In this document: piece by piece, positions 34,428 to 43,860 of the stretch
How positions within the stretch are numbered: the stretch's first letter is position 1
Layout of the letters: each line of letters starts with the position of its first letter
DNA from: an uncultured delta proteobacterium
GTDB taxonomy: Bacteria; Myxococcota; Myxococcia; SLRQ01
Assembly: GCA_963727485.1 (NCBI GenBank)
Contig: CAVSGM010000005.1
Location: 32,001 to 96,000, forward strand
DNA length: 64,000 nt
Direction: 5' to 3'
The notes under the pieces: generated by a model
Databases searched by the model: none
Told to the model about the DNA's origin: nothing
What the model saw: only the letters and a program-made list of their open reading frames with translations
Translations under genes and position numbers: made by a program

Positions 34428-35369
34428 CTACCGCGTACCCACGGCCCCGAGGCTCATCCGGCGCGTCGCCGGCACCTCGGCGACCCGGTCGCCCCCGGCC
34501 CCCTCGGCGATGCGCAGGGCCTCGCTGGCCTCGCGGGCCAGGCTGGCGAAGGAGATCTCCCCGCGCCCGTCGTAGGCGGCGAGGCCGATGCTCACGGTGG
34601 TCCCCACCTTCTGGCGCCCCTGGGAGAGCCGGGTGCGTCGGAGCTGGCGCCGCAGCCGCTCGGCCACGGTCCGCCCGCCCCGGCGCGGGGTGTGGGGCAT
34701 GAGCACGAGGTAGGTGTCGCCGCGGAAGGTCACCGGGAGGTCGAGGTCGCGCACGGTCCGCGAGATCACCCGCTGGAGCCCCCCGGTGAGGGTGTCGGCG
34801 ACCTCGGCCCCGTGACGCTGGCGGATCCCCGCCAGCCCGTCGAAGGAGACGATGAGGACGGTGAACGGATAGCGGTAGCGCCGGGCGCGCTTCACCTCGG
34901 CGGCGAGCATCGGCTTGAAGCGCTCGAAGCGGTAGAACCCCGTCGCCGGGTCGATGGCGCCGCGCTCCTGGTCGAGGGCGGAGGTCCGGGCGAGACGCCG
35001 GGCCAGGGTCCCGGCCCGAAGGAAGCCCTGGGCCGCCGCCGCCAGGGCCACGTAGGCCACCGGCCGGGTCACCCAGGCGTCGGCGCCGTCCCGCGAGGCC
35101 GCCGCCGCCGGGTTCCGGGTGCCGCTCGGGAGCACCAGCAGCCGCGGGGGCACGACGTCCAGGGTGGAGAGCCGCTCGAGCCCCTCGACGTCGGCGCCGT
35201 GGATCACCAGGTCCACCGGCGCGTCCATTGCGGCCTCGAGGGCGGCGCCCAGGGTGTCGGCGCCGTGGGCGGTCACCCCGGCGTCGGCCAGGGCCTTCAC
35301 GGCCCGGGTCACGAAGGTCCGGTTGGTGTCCACCACCAGGACCACGCCGCCTGGATCCTGAGCCAGCAT
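34428..35369 (-). CDS. Degenerate REC-GGDEF protein
   Basis: DPATGFYRF...RARRYRYPF; RDLD I-site then RGDTY in place of GGDEF. Confidence 0.85.
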   Translation of the reverse strand: MLAQDPGGVVLVVDTNRTFVTRAVKALADAGVTAHGADTLGAALEAAMDAPVDLVIHGADVEGLERLSTLDVVPPRLLVLPSGTRNPAAAASRDGADAWVTRPVAYVALAAAAQGFLRAGTLARRLARTSALDQERGAIDPATGFYRFERFKPMLAAEVKRARRYRYPFTVLIVSFDGLAGIRQRHGAEVADTLTGGLQRVISRTVRDLDLPVTFRGDTYLVLMPHTPRRGGRTVAERLRRQLRRTRLSQGRQKVGTTVSIGLAAYDGRGEISFASLAREASEALRIAEGAGGDRVAEVPATRRMSLGAVGTR

Positions 35370-35423
35370 CCCGAAGGAATCTGTGACCGGTGCGCGTCGA
35401 GGCAACCGTGGCCCTCCCCCCGG

Positions 35424-36353
35424 TCAGTAGACGATGCAGTTGCCGCCGCGTTTCCTCGCGTGCCGCAGGGCCCGGGTGGCGGTCTTCACCAGCCGCGAGA
35501 AGGTGGGGTCCTTCAGCTGGCTGGTGGCGCACACGCCCATGGAGAGGGTGGGGTTGAAGCTGGTGTCCCCGGCGCGGATCCGGCTGTGCTTGATCACCGA
35601 GCGCACCCGCTTGGCGACGGTCACGCCCCCCTCGAGGTCGGTGTGGGGCATGAGGACCAGGACGTTCTCCGGGGTGTAGCTCACCGGGAGGTCGGTCTCG
35701 CGGATGGACCGGCGCACCGCCAGGGCCAGGCCCCCGTAGAGCTCGTCGGCGACGCCGTCCTCGGTGAGCGCCCCGTCGTCGAGGCTCGACCGGTCGTAGG
35801 CGATGAGCATCACCGCCAGGGGGTAGCCGTGGCGGCGGGTGCGCTTCACCTCGACGTAGAGCGCCTCCTTGAAGTAGCCGAAGGTGTAGAAGCCGGTCCG
35901 GGCGTCGCGCAGGCCGGTGTCGCTCCCCCGCGCCGGCGGCCCCACCTCGCCCTGGAGCCTGGCGAGGCGCTGCTTGAGCCGGTGGATGAGGACCATGTCC
36001 CGGACGCACCCGAGGAGCTCGCTCTTCTTCAGGGGGCGCTTGAGGTGGTTCTCGGCGCCGGCCTCGAAGCAGGCGGTGACCTGCTGCTCGTCGGCCCGGG
36101 AGAACATCAGGACGCAGGGCACGCTCGGGTCGTGGTCGCGCTTGACGGCGCGGACCAGGCGGTAGCCGTCGCCGCCCTCGAGGCGGACCCCGGAGAGGAC
36201 CACGTCGGGGCCGAAGCGGGACAGGCCCCGGGCGGCGCCGGCGAGGTCGGTGACGGTGTGGACCTGGTAACCGGCGCCCTCGAGGATCTCCCGGGTGCGC
36301 TCCAGGAACCGCGGGTTGTGGTCCGCGATGAGGATCTTCTCCCGGGAGGCCAT
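35424..36353 (-). CDS. Degenerate REC-GGDEF protein (paralog)
   Basis: KILIADHN...; DARTGFYTF; RETD I-site then TPENV in place of GGDEF. Confidence 0.85.
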   Translation of the reverse strand: MASREKILIADHNPRFLERTREILEGAGYQVHTVTDLAGAARGLSRFGPDVVLSGVRLEGGDGYRLVRAVKRDHDPSVPCVLMFSRADEQQVTACFEAGAENHLKRPLKKSELLGCVRDMVLIHRLKQRLARLQGEVGPPARGSDTGLRDARTGFYTFGYFKEALYVEVKRTRRHGYPLAVMLIAYDRSSLDDGALTEDGVADELYGGLALAVRRSIRETDLPVSYTPENVLVLMPHTDLEGGVTVAKRVRSVIKHSRIRAGDTSFNPTLSMGVCATSQLKDPTFSRLVKTATRALRHARKRGGNCIVY

Positions 36354-36438
36354 TCTCGGTGCGATTCTACGGGGGCGAGAGCGGGTCGGCAAAATCCTGG
36401 CCGCGGCGTTCGTGGCCCGGGACCGCTTCGTGCGCATG

Positions 36439-36478
36439 GTTGACTGGCGAGTCAACGTCTGTTTGACTCCCGGGTCAA
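36439..36478. promoter_or_regulatory. Tandem TTGAC-N6-GTCAA operator palindromes
   Basis: GTTGACTGGCGAGTCAAC (36439-36456) and TTGACTCCCGGGTCAA (36463-36478). Confidence 0.7.
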
Positions 36479-36504
36479 CACACCCCCCGACACCGGAGGC
36501 CGCC

Positions 36505-37650
36505 ATGGGGTTCGAGGAGAAGTTCACCGAGCAGCACCAGATGTTCCGCAAGACGGTGCGCGACTTCGCCGAGAAGGAGATCGCGCCCCACTCCCTGGAG
36601 TGGGACCGCGAGGGCATCTTCCCGCGCGAGGTGTTCAAGAAGGCCGGCGAGCTGGGCCTCCTGGGGATCAACAAGGGCGAGGACGTCGGCGGCTCGGCCC
36701 TCGACTACTGGTACACCGTCGCCTACGCCGAGGAGCTCGCTCGGGGCCGCAACGCCGGGGTGGGGATGGCGCTGCTGGTCCAGAGCGACATGGCCACGCC
36801 GATCATCGACCAGATGGGCAGCGACGAGGTGAAGCAGGAGTTCCTGGTCCCCGCCATCCAGGGCGAGAAGATCGCCGCGCTGGGGGTCACCGAGCCCGAC
36901 GCCGGCTCCGACGTGGCGAACCTGCGCACCACCGCCCGGCGCGACGGCGACGACTACGTGCTCAACGGCCAGAAGACCTACATCACCAACGGCACCCGCG
37001 CCGACTTCGTGACCATGGCGGTGCGCACCGGCGACCCGGGCTACGGGGGCATCTCCTTCGTGGTGGTGCCCACCGACGCCAAGGGCTTCCAGGTGGCCAA
37101 GAAGCTCGACAAGGTCGGCAACCTCGCCAGCGACACCGCCGAGCTCTTCCTCGAGGACGTGCGCGTGCCGGTGCGCTACCGCCTTGGGGAGGAGAACCAG
37201 GGCTTCCAGATGATCATGAGCAACTTCCAGGGCGAGCGCCTCGCCGCCGCCATCACCGCCGTCGCGGGGATGGACCTCATGATCGACGACGCCATCGCCT
37301 ACGGGCGCGAGCGCCAGGCCTTCGGCCGGCCCATCCTCAAGTTCCAGGTGTGGCGCCACAAGTTCGCCGAGCTCACCTCGCTCATCGAGGCGGCGCGGCA
37401 GCTCACCTACATGGCCTGCGACCGCTTCGACCGGGAGCTCTACCCGGTCAAGGAGATCTCCATGGCCAAGCTCGTCGCCGGGGACCTCGCCCAGCGGGTG
37501 GCCTACGACTGCATGCAGTTCCACGGCGGCAACGGCTACATGGAGGAGTACCCCATCGCCCGGGCGTTCCGGGACGTGCGGCTCATCACCATCGGCGGCG
37601 GGACCAGCGAGGTGATGAAGGAGATCATCTCCAAGCTGCAGGGGCTCTAG
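36505..37650 (+). CDS. Acyl-CoA dehydrogenase
   Basis: GVTEPDAGSD, LNGQKTYITNG, QFHGGNGYMEEY, IGGGTSEVM. Confidence 0.95.
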   Translation: MGFEEKFTEQHQMFRKTVRDFAEKEIAPHSLEWDREGIFPREVFKKAGELGLLGINKGEDVGGSALDYWYTVAYAEELARGRNAGVGMALLVQSDMATPIIDQMGSDEVKQEFLVPAIQGEKIAALGVTEPDAGSDVANLRTTARRDGDDYVLNGQKTYITNGTRADFVTMAVRTGDPGYGGISFVVVPTDAKGFQVAKKLDKVGNLASDTAELFLEDVRVPVRYRLGEENQGFQMIMSNFQGERLAAAITAVAGMDLMIDDAIAYGRERQAFGRPILKFQVWRHKFAELTSLIEAARQLTYMACDRFDRELYPVKEISMAKLVAGDLAQRVAYDCMQFHGGNGYMEEYPIARAFRDVRLITIGGGTSEVMKEIISKLQGL

Positions 37651-37755
37651 GCTCGCGGGCGCCGGGGTGGCGCGCGGTTGATCCCGCGTGGGATGGGCCG
37701 CAAGGTGAGGGCCGGGTTCTCACCGCCCACTCGCACCTCACCTCGGAGACCCATC

Positions 37756-39159
37756 ATGACCGCGCGCATCGCCTCGGTGCGGGGGCCCCTGGCCCTCGCC
37801 CTCGCCGCCACCCTCGTCGCCGGCTGCAGCTCCGGCCTCACCGCGAGCCAGGACGACACCGCCGACCAGGCGGCCGCGGCGAAGCTCCAGTCGCAGCTCG
37901 ACGCCTTGAAGCAGGACCTGGCGGCGACGAAGAAGGCCCTGGCCGACGCCCAGGCGCAGATCGACGCCAACCAGAAGGCGGCGGCGAAGGCCCAGGGCGA
38001 CGCGACGAAGGCCGAGGCGGATGCGACTCAGGCCGAGGGCGACGCCACCAAGGCCCAGCAGGCCGCCGACGCCAACGCCAGCGCCATGGCCCAGGGCAAC
38101 GCCAGCGACATCCAGGCCAACACCGGCGACATCCAGGCGAACCAGGCGGCCACCCAGACCAACGCCGCGGCCGCCGCGGCGAACGGGAAGGCCATCGCCA
38201 AGAACACCCAGGCCGTCGCCAAGAACACCCAGGCCGTCGCCAAGAACACCCAGGCCGTCGCCGCCCTCGACACCCTCACCGCGCCCATGACGCGGCACAC
38301 CGACCCCGACGGCAACGACGCCATGGTGTTCACCGGGGTCAACGTCTACATCCAGGACGGCAGCGGGGCGACCGACGGCTCGCCGAACGGGGTGGGCAAC
38401 CTCATCCTCGGCTACGACGAGGATCCCTCCCACGCCGCCATCCACACCGGCTCCCACAACCTCATCCTCGGGACCGGCGATACCTACACCAGCTACGGCG
38501 CCATCGTCAGCGGTGTGAACAACACCGCGCGGGCGCCCTACGCGGCGGTCCTCGCCGGCCAACGGGGCAAGGCCACCGGGGCCTTCGCCTCCGTGATCGG
38601 GGGCCAGGCGAACACGGCGAGCGGGACGGGCGCGGTGGTCCTGGGAGGCGAGATCGGCATGGCCACCGGGTCCGGCTCGGTGGTCGGCGGGGGGCACGTC
38701 AACCAGGCCGTTGGCAAGGACGCGACGGTGACCGGAGGCTCGGGGAACTTTGCCACCGGGACGTATGCCAGCGTCAGTGGAGGCGAGGGCAACATGGCCA
38801 CCAGCCAGGGCGCCTCGGTGAGTGGCGGCTCGGGGAACAGCGCCGGGGCCCAGGATGCCTCGGTGAGCGGCGGCTACAAGAACACGGTCTCCGGGCTCGC
38901 CGCCTCCGCGACCGGGGGCGACGGCAACTCGGTCCTCGGAACCTACTCCGTCGTCAGCGGGGGGCACGGCAACTCGACCATCGGCGACGACGCCACGGTG
39001 GCCGGGGGGCAGAGCAACGTCGCCACCGGCCCGAGCTCCGCGGTGAGCGGCGGGTACCAGAACCAGACCACGGGGCAGTTCTCGACGGTCGGCGGTGGCG
39101 CGAACCTCCTCGAGCCCAGCCTCTACGGCTGGACGGTGGGGGCCTACCACTCGCCTTGA
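37756..39159 (+). CDS. Lipoprotein with coiled-coil stalk and Gly-rich VSGGxxNxA repeats
   Basis: Lipobox LVAGC; Ala/Gln heptads; FTGVNVYIQDGSG...NGVGNLILGYDE; 14-aa repeats. Confidence 0.8.
   Translation: MTARIASVRGPLALALAATLVAGCSSGLTASQDDTADQAAAAKLQSQLDALKQDLAATKKALADAQAQIDANQKAAAKAQGDATKAEADATQAEGDATKAQQAADANASAMAQGNASDIQANTGDIQANQAATQTNAAAAAANGKAIAKNTQAVAKNTQAVAKNTQAVAALDTLTAPMTRHTDPDGNDAMVFTGVNVYIQDGSGATDGSPNGVGNLILGYDEDPSHAAIHTGSHNLILGTGDTYTSYGAIVSGVNNTARAPYAAVLAGQRGKATGAFASVIGGQANTASGTGAVVLGGEIGMATGSGSVVGGGHVNQAVGKDATVTGGSGNFATGTYASVSGGEGNMATSQGASVSGGSGNSAGAQDASVSGGYKNTVSGLAASATGGDGNSVLGTYSVVSGGHGNSTIGDDATVAGGQSNVATGPSSAVSGGYQNQTTGQFSTVGGGANLLEPSLYGWTVGAYHSP
38197..38259 (+). repeat. 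21-bp tandem repeat x3 (AKNTQAV heptad)
   Basis: GCCAAGAACACCCAGGCCGTC occurs three times in tandem. Confidence 0.92.
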
Positions 39160-39193
39160 CGGAGCGGCGGGCGGGCGTCAGCGTGGGGTCGCC

Positions 39194-39517
39194 ATGGAAG
39201 ACGCCGTCGTCGCCCTCGTCACCGCCCCCGATGAAGCCACCGCCGCCTCGCTGGCCCGCGCCTTCGTGGAGGCGCGGCTCGCCGCCTGCGTGAACCTGGT
39301 CCCGCGGATCCGGAGCATCTACCGGTGGCAGGACCGGGTGGAGGACGAGGCCGAGGTCCTGATGATCGTGAAGACCCGGCGGGCGCTGGTGGCGGCCCTC
39401 GAGACCCGGCTCCTCGAGCTGCACCCCTACGACACCCCGGAGCTGCTGGTGCTGCCGGTCGAGCACGGGGCCCCGGACTACCTCGCGTGGATCGCGGAGG
39501 AGACGGGGGCGGGTTGA
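39194..39517 (+). CDS. cutA: Divalent-cation tolerance protein CutA
   Basis: LAACVN...SIYRWQ...E.EVLMIVKT...HPYDTPE. Confidence 0.93.
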   Translation: MEDAVVALVTAPDEATAASLARAFVEARLAACVNLVPRIRSIYRWQDRVEDEAEVLMIVKTRRALVAALETRLLELHPYDTPELLVLPVEHGAPDYLAWIAEETGAG

Positions 39518-39550
39518 CCCCCTGGCGGCCTCGGGCTAGGTGGTCCTACC

Positions 39551-40715
39551 ATGCACCGCCCCAGCTCGAATCCTCCCCAGCGTCGTGTGCTCCCGGCGCG
39601 TTCGTCCGCCTTCCTCCTCGTCGGGACCCTGCTCGTCTCCGCCTGTGGTGGGGGCGCGACCCCGGCGACCAACGACAGCGCCAGCGACCAGCAGGCCATC
39701 GCCAAGCTCCAGTCGCAGATCGACGCGCTGCAGAAGGCCCTCGACGCGGCGAAGGCGGACATCGCCGCGAACAAGACGGCGCTGGCGACGGCCCAGGGCC
39801 AGATCGCGGCCAACCAGGCGGACGCAGCGGCGGCCAAGCAGGACGCCTCGGACGCCATGACGAGCGCGACCGCGGCGGCGAGCACGGCGAACGCGGCGCA
39901 GACGGCTGCCGACGCCGCCCAGAGCAGCGTCGGCGGCCGACGCCGCCCAGAGCTCGGCCGACGCCGCGAGCCAGGCCGCGAGCCAGAACGCCACGGCCAT
40001 CGCCAGCGCCCAGGGGGACATCCAGACGAACGCCACGGCCATCGCCAGCAACACGAGCGACGTCCAGACCAACGCGACGGCCGTCTCGGCGCTCCAGTCG
40101 CTGACCCAGGACATGACCCGGGGCTCGGACGCCAGCGGCTACCCGTCGGTGTACTTCACCGGCGTGAACGTCTACGTGCAGAGCGGGTCGGGCAGTACCG
40201 AGGGCGCGGTGAACGGGGTCGGCAACCTGATCGTCGGTTACGACGAGTCGTCGTCGCAGTCGGTGCGCACGGGCTCGCACAACCTGATCGTCGGGGACTA
40301 CGCCTCCTACAGCAGCTACGGCGCGCTCGTCGTTGGATCCAACAACACCTCCTCGAACTCCTTCGCTTCCGTCGTGGGGGGCACGGGCAACTCGGCGACG
40401 GGTCCGTTCAGCACCGTGGTTGGTGGGGAAGGTGGGAAGGCGCCGGGCGGTTTCAGCTGCGTCGTCGGGGGATCCTTTTCGACAGCGTCCGGCTCCCACA
40501 GCGCGACGGTTGGGGGGGACACCAACCTCGCCTCGGGCGACTACAGCGTGGTGAGTGGTGGCTGGCAGAACACGGCCTCCGAGCACGCCAGCGTCGTCGC
40601 CGGTGGCGAGAGCAACACGGCCTCGGGCCAATACAGCGCCGTCAGCGGCGGCAAGAACCGCAGCGCCCCCAACCTGGACAACTGGGCCGCCGGCAGCTAC
40701 AGCGCAGCCTACTGA
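39551..40715 (+). CDS. Paralogous coiled-coil/Gly-repeat lipoprotein; apparent frameshift at ~39929
   Basis: Lipobox LVSAC; AKLQSQIDAL; FTGVNVYVQSGSG...NGVGNLIVGYDE in ORF 40113..40715. Confidence 0.78.
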
Positions 40716-40781
40716 GGCCTTCCCCGCGACGGCCACCGGCGACCCGTTGCCTCCCCGGGGTCGCCGCCCCACCTTCTGGGC

Positions 40782-42617
40782 ATGGCCGCCCCCGACCTGT
40801 CCCCGAACGCCGTCACCGTCCTCGAGAAGCGGTACCTGAAGCGTGACGCCACCGGCAAGATCGTCGAGACGCCCGAGCAGCTGTTGCGCCGGGTGGCCTG
40901 GACCATCGCCGAGGCCGACGCCCGCCTCGAGCCCGGCACCGAGGCGGCGACCCTCGCCGAGCGCTTCTACGGGCTGATGGCGAGCCGGCGCTTCTTCCCC
41001 AACTCGCCGTGCCTCGCCGCCGGGCGGCCCAAGGCCCAGCTCGCCGCCTGCTTCGTGCTCCCGGTGGAGGACGATCTCAAGAGCATCTACGGCGCCATCG
41101 AGGCGGCGGCGCTCATCCACCAGTCGGGCGGGGGCACCGGCTTCGACTTCTCCAAGCTGCGCCCCAAGGGCGACACGGTCGCCAGCACCGGCGGGAGCGC
41201 CTCGGGGCCGGTGAGCTTCCTGGGCCTCTTCGACGCCTCCACCGAGGTCATCAAGCAGGGGGGCATCCGCCGGGGGGCCAACATGGGGATCCTCCGGGTG
41301 GACCACCCGGACATCCTCGCCTTCATCGGGGAGAAGGCCGACCCCACGCACCTGACCAACTTCAACGTCTCGGTGGGGGTCACCGACGCCTTCATGCAGG
41401 CGGTGGCCACCGGCGACCGCTACGACCTGGTGAACCCCCACGGCGGGCAGGTGGTGCGCCGCCTCGAGGCCCGGAAGGTGTTCCAGGCCATCGTCAACCA
41501 CGCCTGGGAGAGCGGCGAGCCGGGGATGATCTTCCTCGACCACGTCAACGCCGGAAACCCCACGCCGCACCTGGGGCGTATCGACGCCACCAACCCCTGC
41601 GGCGAGCAGCCGCTCCTGCCCTACGAGTCGTGCATCCTCGGGAGCCTGAACCTGGCGCGCTTCGTGGAGAACGGGCGCATCGACCTCGAGGGCCTCGAGG
41701 CCGCGGCGCGGCTGGCGGTGCGCTTCCTCGACGACGTCATCGACGCCAACCACTATCCCCTCGAGGAGATCGCCCACGTCACCCGGCTGACCCGCAAGGT
41801 GGGCCTGGGGGTCATGGGCTTCGCCGACCTGCTCATCGAGCTGGCCATCCCCTACGACAGCGAGGACGCCCTCGCCATCGCCGACCGGCTCATGGCCGCC
41901 ATCGGCGCCGCGGCGCGGGAGGCCAGCGCCGACCTGGCGAGGCGCCGGGGCCCGTTCCCGGCGTGGCGGGGATCCCGCCTGGAGCAGCAGGGCCTCCCGC
42001 CCCAGCGCAACGCCACCGTGACCTCCATCGCCCCCACCGGCACCCTGTCGATCCTCGGCGGGTGCTCCGCGGGCATCGAGCCCCTCTACGCGGTGACCTT
42101 CGTCCGCCACGTCCTCGAGGGCGAGGACCTGTTGGAGGTGCAGCCGTCGGTGCGCGCCGCCCTCGAGGCGCGGGAGCTCGACGCCGAGGCCATCCTCGAG
42201 GAGGTCCGCGCCACCGGCTCCCTGCGCGACGTCGCCGGGATCCCCGAGGACCTCAAGCGCCGCTTCGCCACCGCCCACGACATCGACCCCGCCTGGCACG
42301 TCCGGATGCAGGCGGCCTTCCAGCGCCACGTGGACAACGCGGTGAGCAAGACCATCAACCTGCGCCGGGACGCCTCCCCCGAGTCCGTCGCCGACGCCTA
42401 CCGCCTCGCCTACGACCTGGGGTGCAAGGGCATCACCGTCTACCGCGAGGGCAGCCGCCGGAACCAGGTCTACCGGGCCCCGGGCGAGCCCGACACCGCC
42501 GAGAGCGAGTCGGTGATGGCCTGCCCCGACTGCGGGAAGCCCATCCTCGCCGACGCCCGGTGCCTCCTCTGCCGCGCCTGCGGGTGGTCCGCCTGCGTCA
42601 GCGAAGCATCTCCGTGA
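40782..42617 (+). CDS. nrdJ: Class II (B12-dependent) ribonucleotide reductase
   Basis: FFPNSP, LAACFVL, GGGTGFDFS, ATNPCGEQPL, SIAPTGT, C-terminal CxxC ribbon; no beta-subunit gene adjacent. Confidence 0.92.
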   Translation: MAAPDLSPNAVTVLEKRYLKRDATGKIVETPEQLLRRVAWTIAEADARLEPGTEAATLAERFYGLMASRRFFPNSPCLAAGRPKAQLAACFVLPVEDDLKSIYGAIEAAALIHQSGGGTGFDFSKLRPKGDTVASTGGSASGPVSFLGLFDASTEVIKQGGIRRGANMGILRVDHPDILAFIGEKADPTHLTNFNVSVGVTDAFMQAVATGDRYDLVNPHGGQVVRRLEARKVFQAIVNHAWESGEPGMIFLDHVNAGNPTPHLGRIDATNPCGEQPLLPYESCILGSLNLARFVENGRIDLEGLEAAARLAVRFLDDVIDANHYPLEEIAHVTRLTRKVGLGVMGFADLLIELAIPYDSEDALAIADRLMAAIGAAAREASADLARRRGPFPAWRGSRLEQQGLPPQRNATVTSIAPTGTLSILGGCSAGIEPLYAVTFVRHVLEGEDLLEVQPSVRAALEARELDAEAILEEVRATGSLRDVAGIPEDLKRRFATAHDIDPAWHVRMQAAFQRHVDNAVSKTINLRRDASPESVADAYRLAYDLGCKGITVYREGSRRNQVYRAPGEPDTAESESVMACPDCGKPILADARCLLCRACGWSACVSEASP

Positions 42618-43851
42618 GCACCCCCCGGACCGCCGGGTCCGGGAGCTCCACCAGCTGCTCCTTGAGGACCAGCATCTCGTTGAGCACCTTGTAGCGCTCC
42701 GGGCCCAGGTGGAGCAGCGGCTGGAGCAGGGCGTTGATCATGGCGGCCCCGCCCTGGGGGTCGGCCTTCTTCACGTCGGCCGAGACCATCGCCCGCTCGT
42801 CGTCGTCGTAGACGTCGTGGAGGAAGTAGGCCACCGCCTGGATCGCCGAGAGGAGCTCCGGGGGCAGGTCCTGGGTCTCGCCGGCGAAGGTCACCTGGCC
42901 GGCGGCGAGGTCCACGTAGACGTCGCCGCCGCGCCTGGGCACCAGCTCCGCCGGGACCGGCGGGACGTCGGGGGGCGCCGGCTCCGCGGGGATCGGCGCG
43001 GGCCGGGCGGGTACCGGGCGCGCGGGGCGGGCGCGGGCGCTGCCCTCGGGGCGGCGAGTGGCGGTGCTCACGGCCCGGCGCGACGGGGCGGTGGCGCTTC
43101 GCCGCTTGCCGTCGGCCATGGCCGCGGCGAGGCGGGGGTCGATGCCCGCGGTGGCGTTCGTGGCGCCGGCGGCGACCGGCGCCGGGTCGTCCCCGGTCAC
43201 CGCCCCCTCCGGGGTCCACCGGTCGGGCATCGCCGGGAGGCTGGGGTCGGCGAGCTGCACCGGGCCCCGGTGGTCCGCCGCGGCCTCGCTCATGGCGCGG
43301 AGCTTGTCGTAGCCGCTCTCGAGGACCACGAGCTTCCCGGTCGCGGGATCGATGAGGGCCGCGTGCACCGCCAGCCGGCTGGGGAGGTACGGCGTCGCCC
43401 GGAGCGCCGCCGTCCCCTGGAGCAGGGCCTGGCGCACGTCGCTCTGGAGTCCGAGGAAGCTGCGGAGGTCCACGCCGTCCACCGTGCTCCGGTCGACCTC
43501 GGCCTTGCGCAGGGCGTCGATGGCGCTGGCGGTGTTGCGGGTGGCGGCGCCGCCTTCGACGCCGAGCAGCAGCACCTCCTCACAGCCGTGGAGGAAGCAG
43601 GCGCTGGCCACCGCCCGGGCGAGGGCGGGCTCGATCCCCGAGCCGTCGGCGGCGGGCATCACGCCCCCGGGCAGCCGGATGATCACCGCGTCGCCGCGGG
43701 AGAGCCCCAGGTCGGCGGCGAGCCAGCCGGTGAGCGCCGGGTCGAGGGGCGCGACCACACAGAGGCCGAGGCCCGCCGCGTCGCCGGGCTCCGGGCCCGA
43801 GGTCGCGGCGCGGTCGCCGGCGTGCTCCACCAGGAAGTCGAGGCGGCTCAT
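42598..43851 (-). CDS. Beta-carbonic-anhydrase-like protein lacking Zn ligands, plus unknown C-terminal domain
   Basis: LGLSRGDAVIIRLPGG, GCEEVLLLG, VHAALIDPATGKL resemble clade D beta-CA. Confidence 0.65.
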   Translation of the reverse strand: MSRLDFLVEHAGDRAATSGPEPGDAAGLGLCVVAPLDPALTGWLAADLGLSRGDAVIIRLPGGVMPAADGSGIEPALARAVASACFLHGCEEVLLLGVEGGAATRNTASAIDALRKAEVDRSTVDGVDLRSFLGLQSDVRQALLQGTAALRATPYLPSRLAVHAALIDPATGKLVVLESGYDKLRAMSEAAADHRGPVQLADPSLPAMPDRWTPEGAVTGDDPAPVAAGATNATAGIDPRLAAAMADGKRRSATAPSRRAVSTATRRPEGSARARPARPVPARPAPIPAEPAPPDVPPVPAELVPRRGGDVYVDLAAGQVTFAGETQDLPPELLSAIQAVAYFLHDVYDDDERAMVSADVKKADPQGGAAMINALLQPLLHLGPERYKVLNEMLVLKEQLVELPDPAVRGVLTEMLR

Positions 43852-43860
43852 GAGGGCCCC

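Noticed and set aside
42598..43851. Carboxysome link between the CA-like gene and the BMC vertex genes
   Set aside because: Far apart, Zn ligands missing, no RuBisCO, and the gene sits in a flotillin operon.
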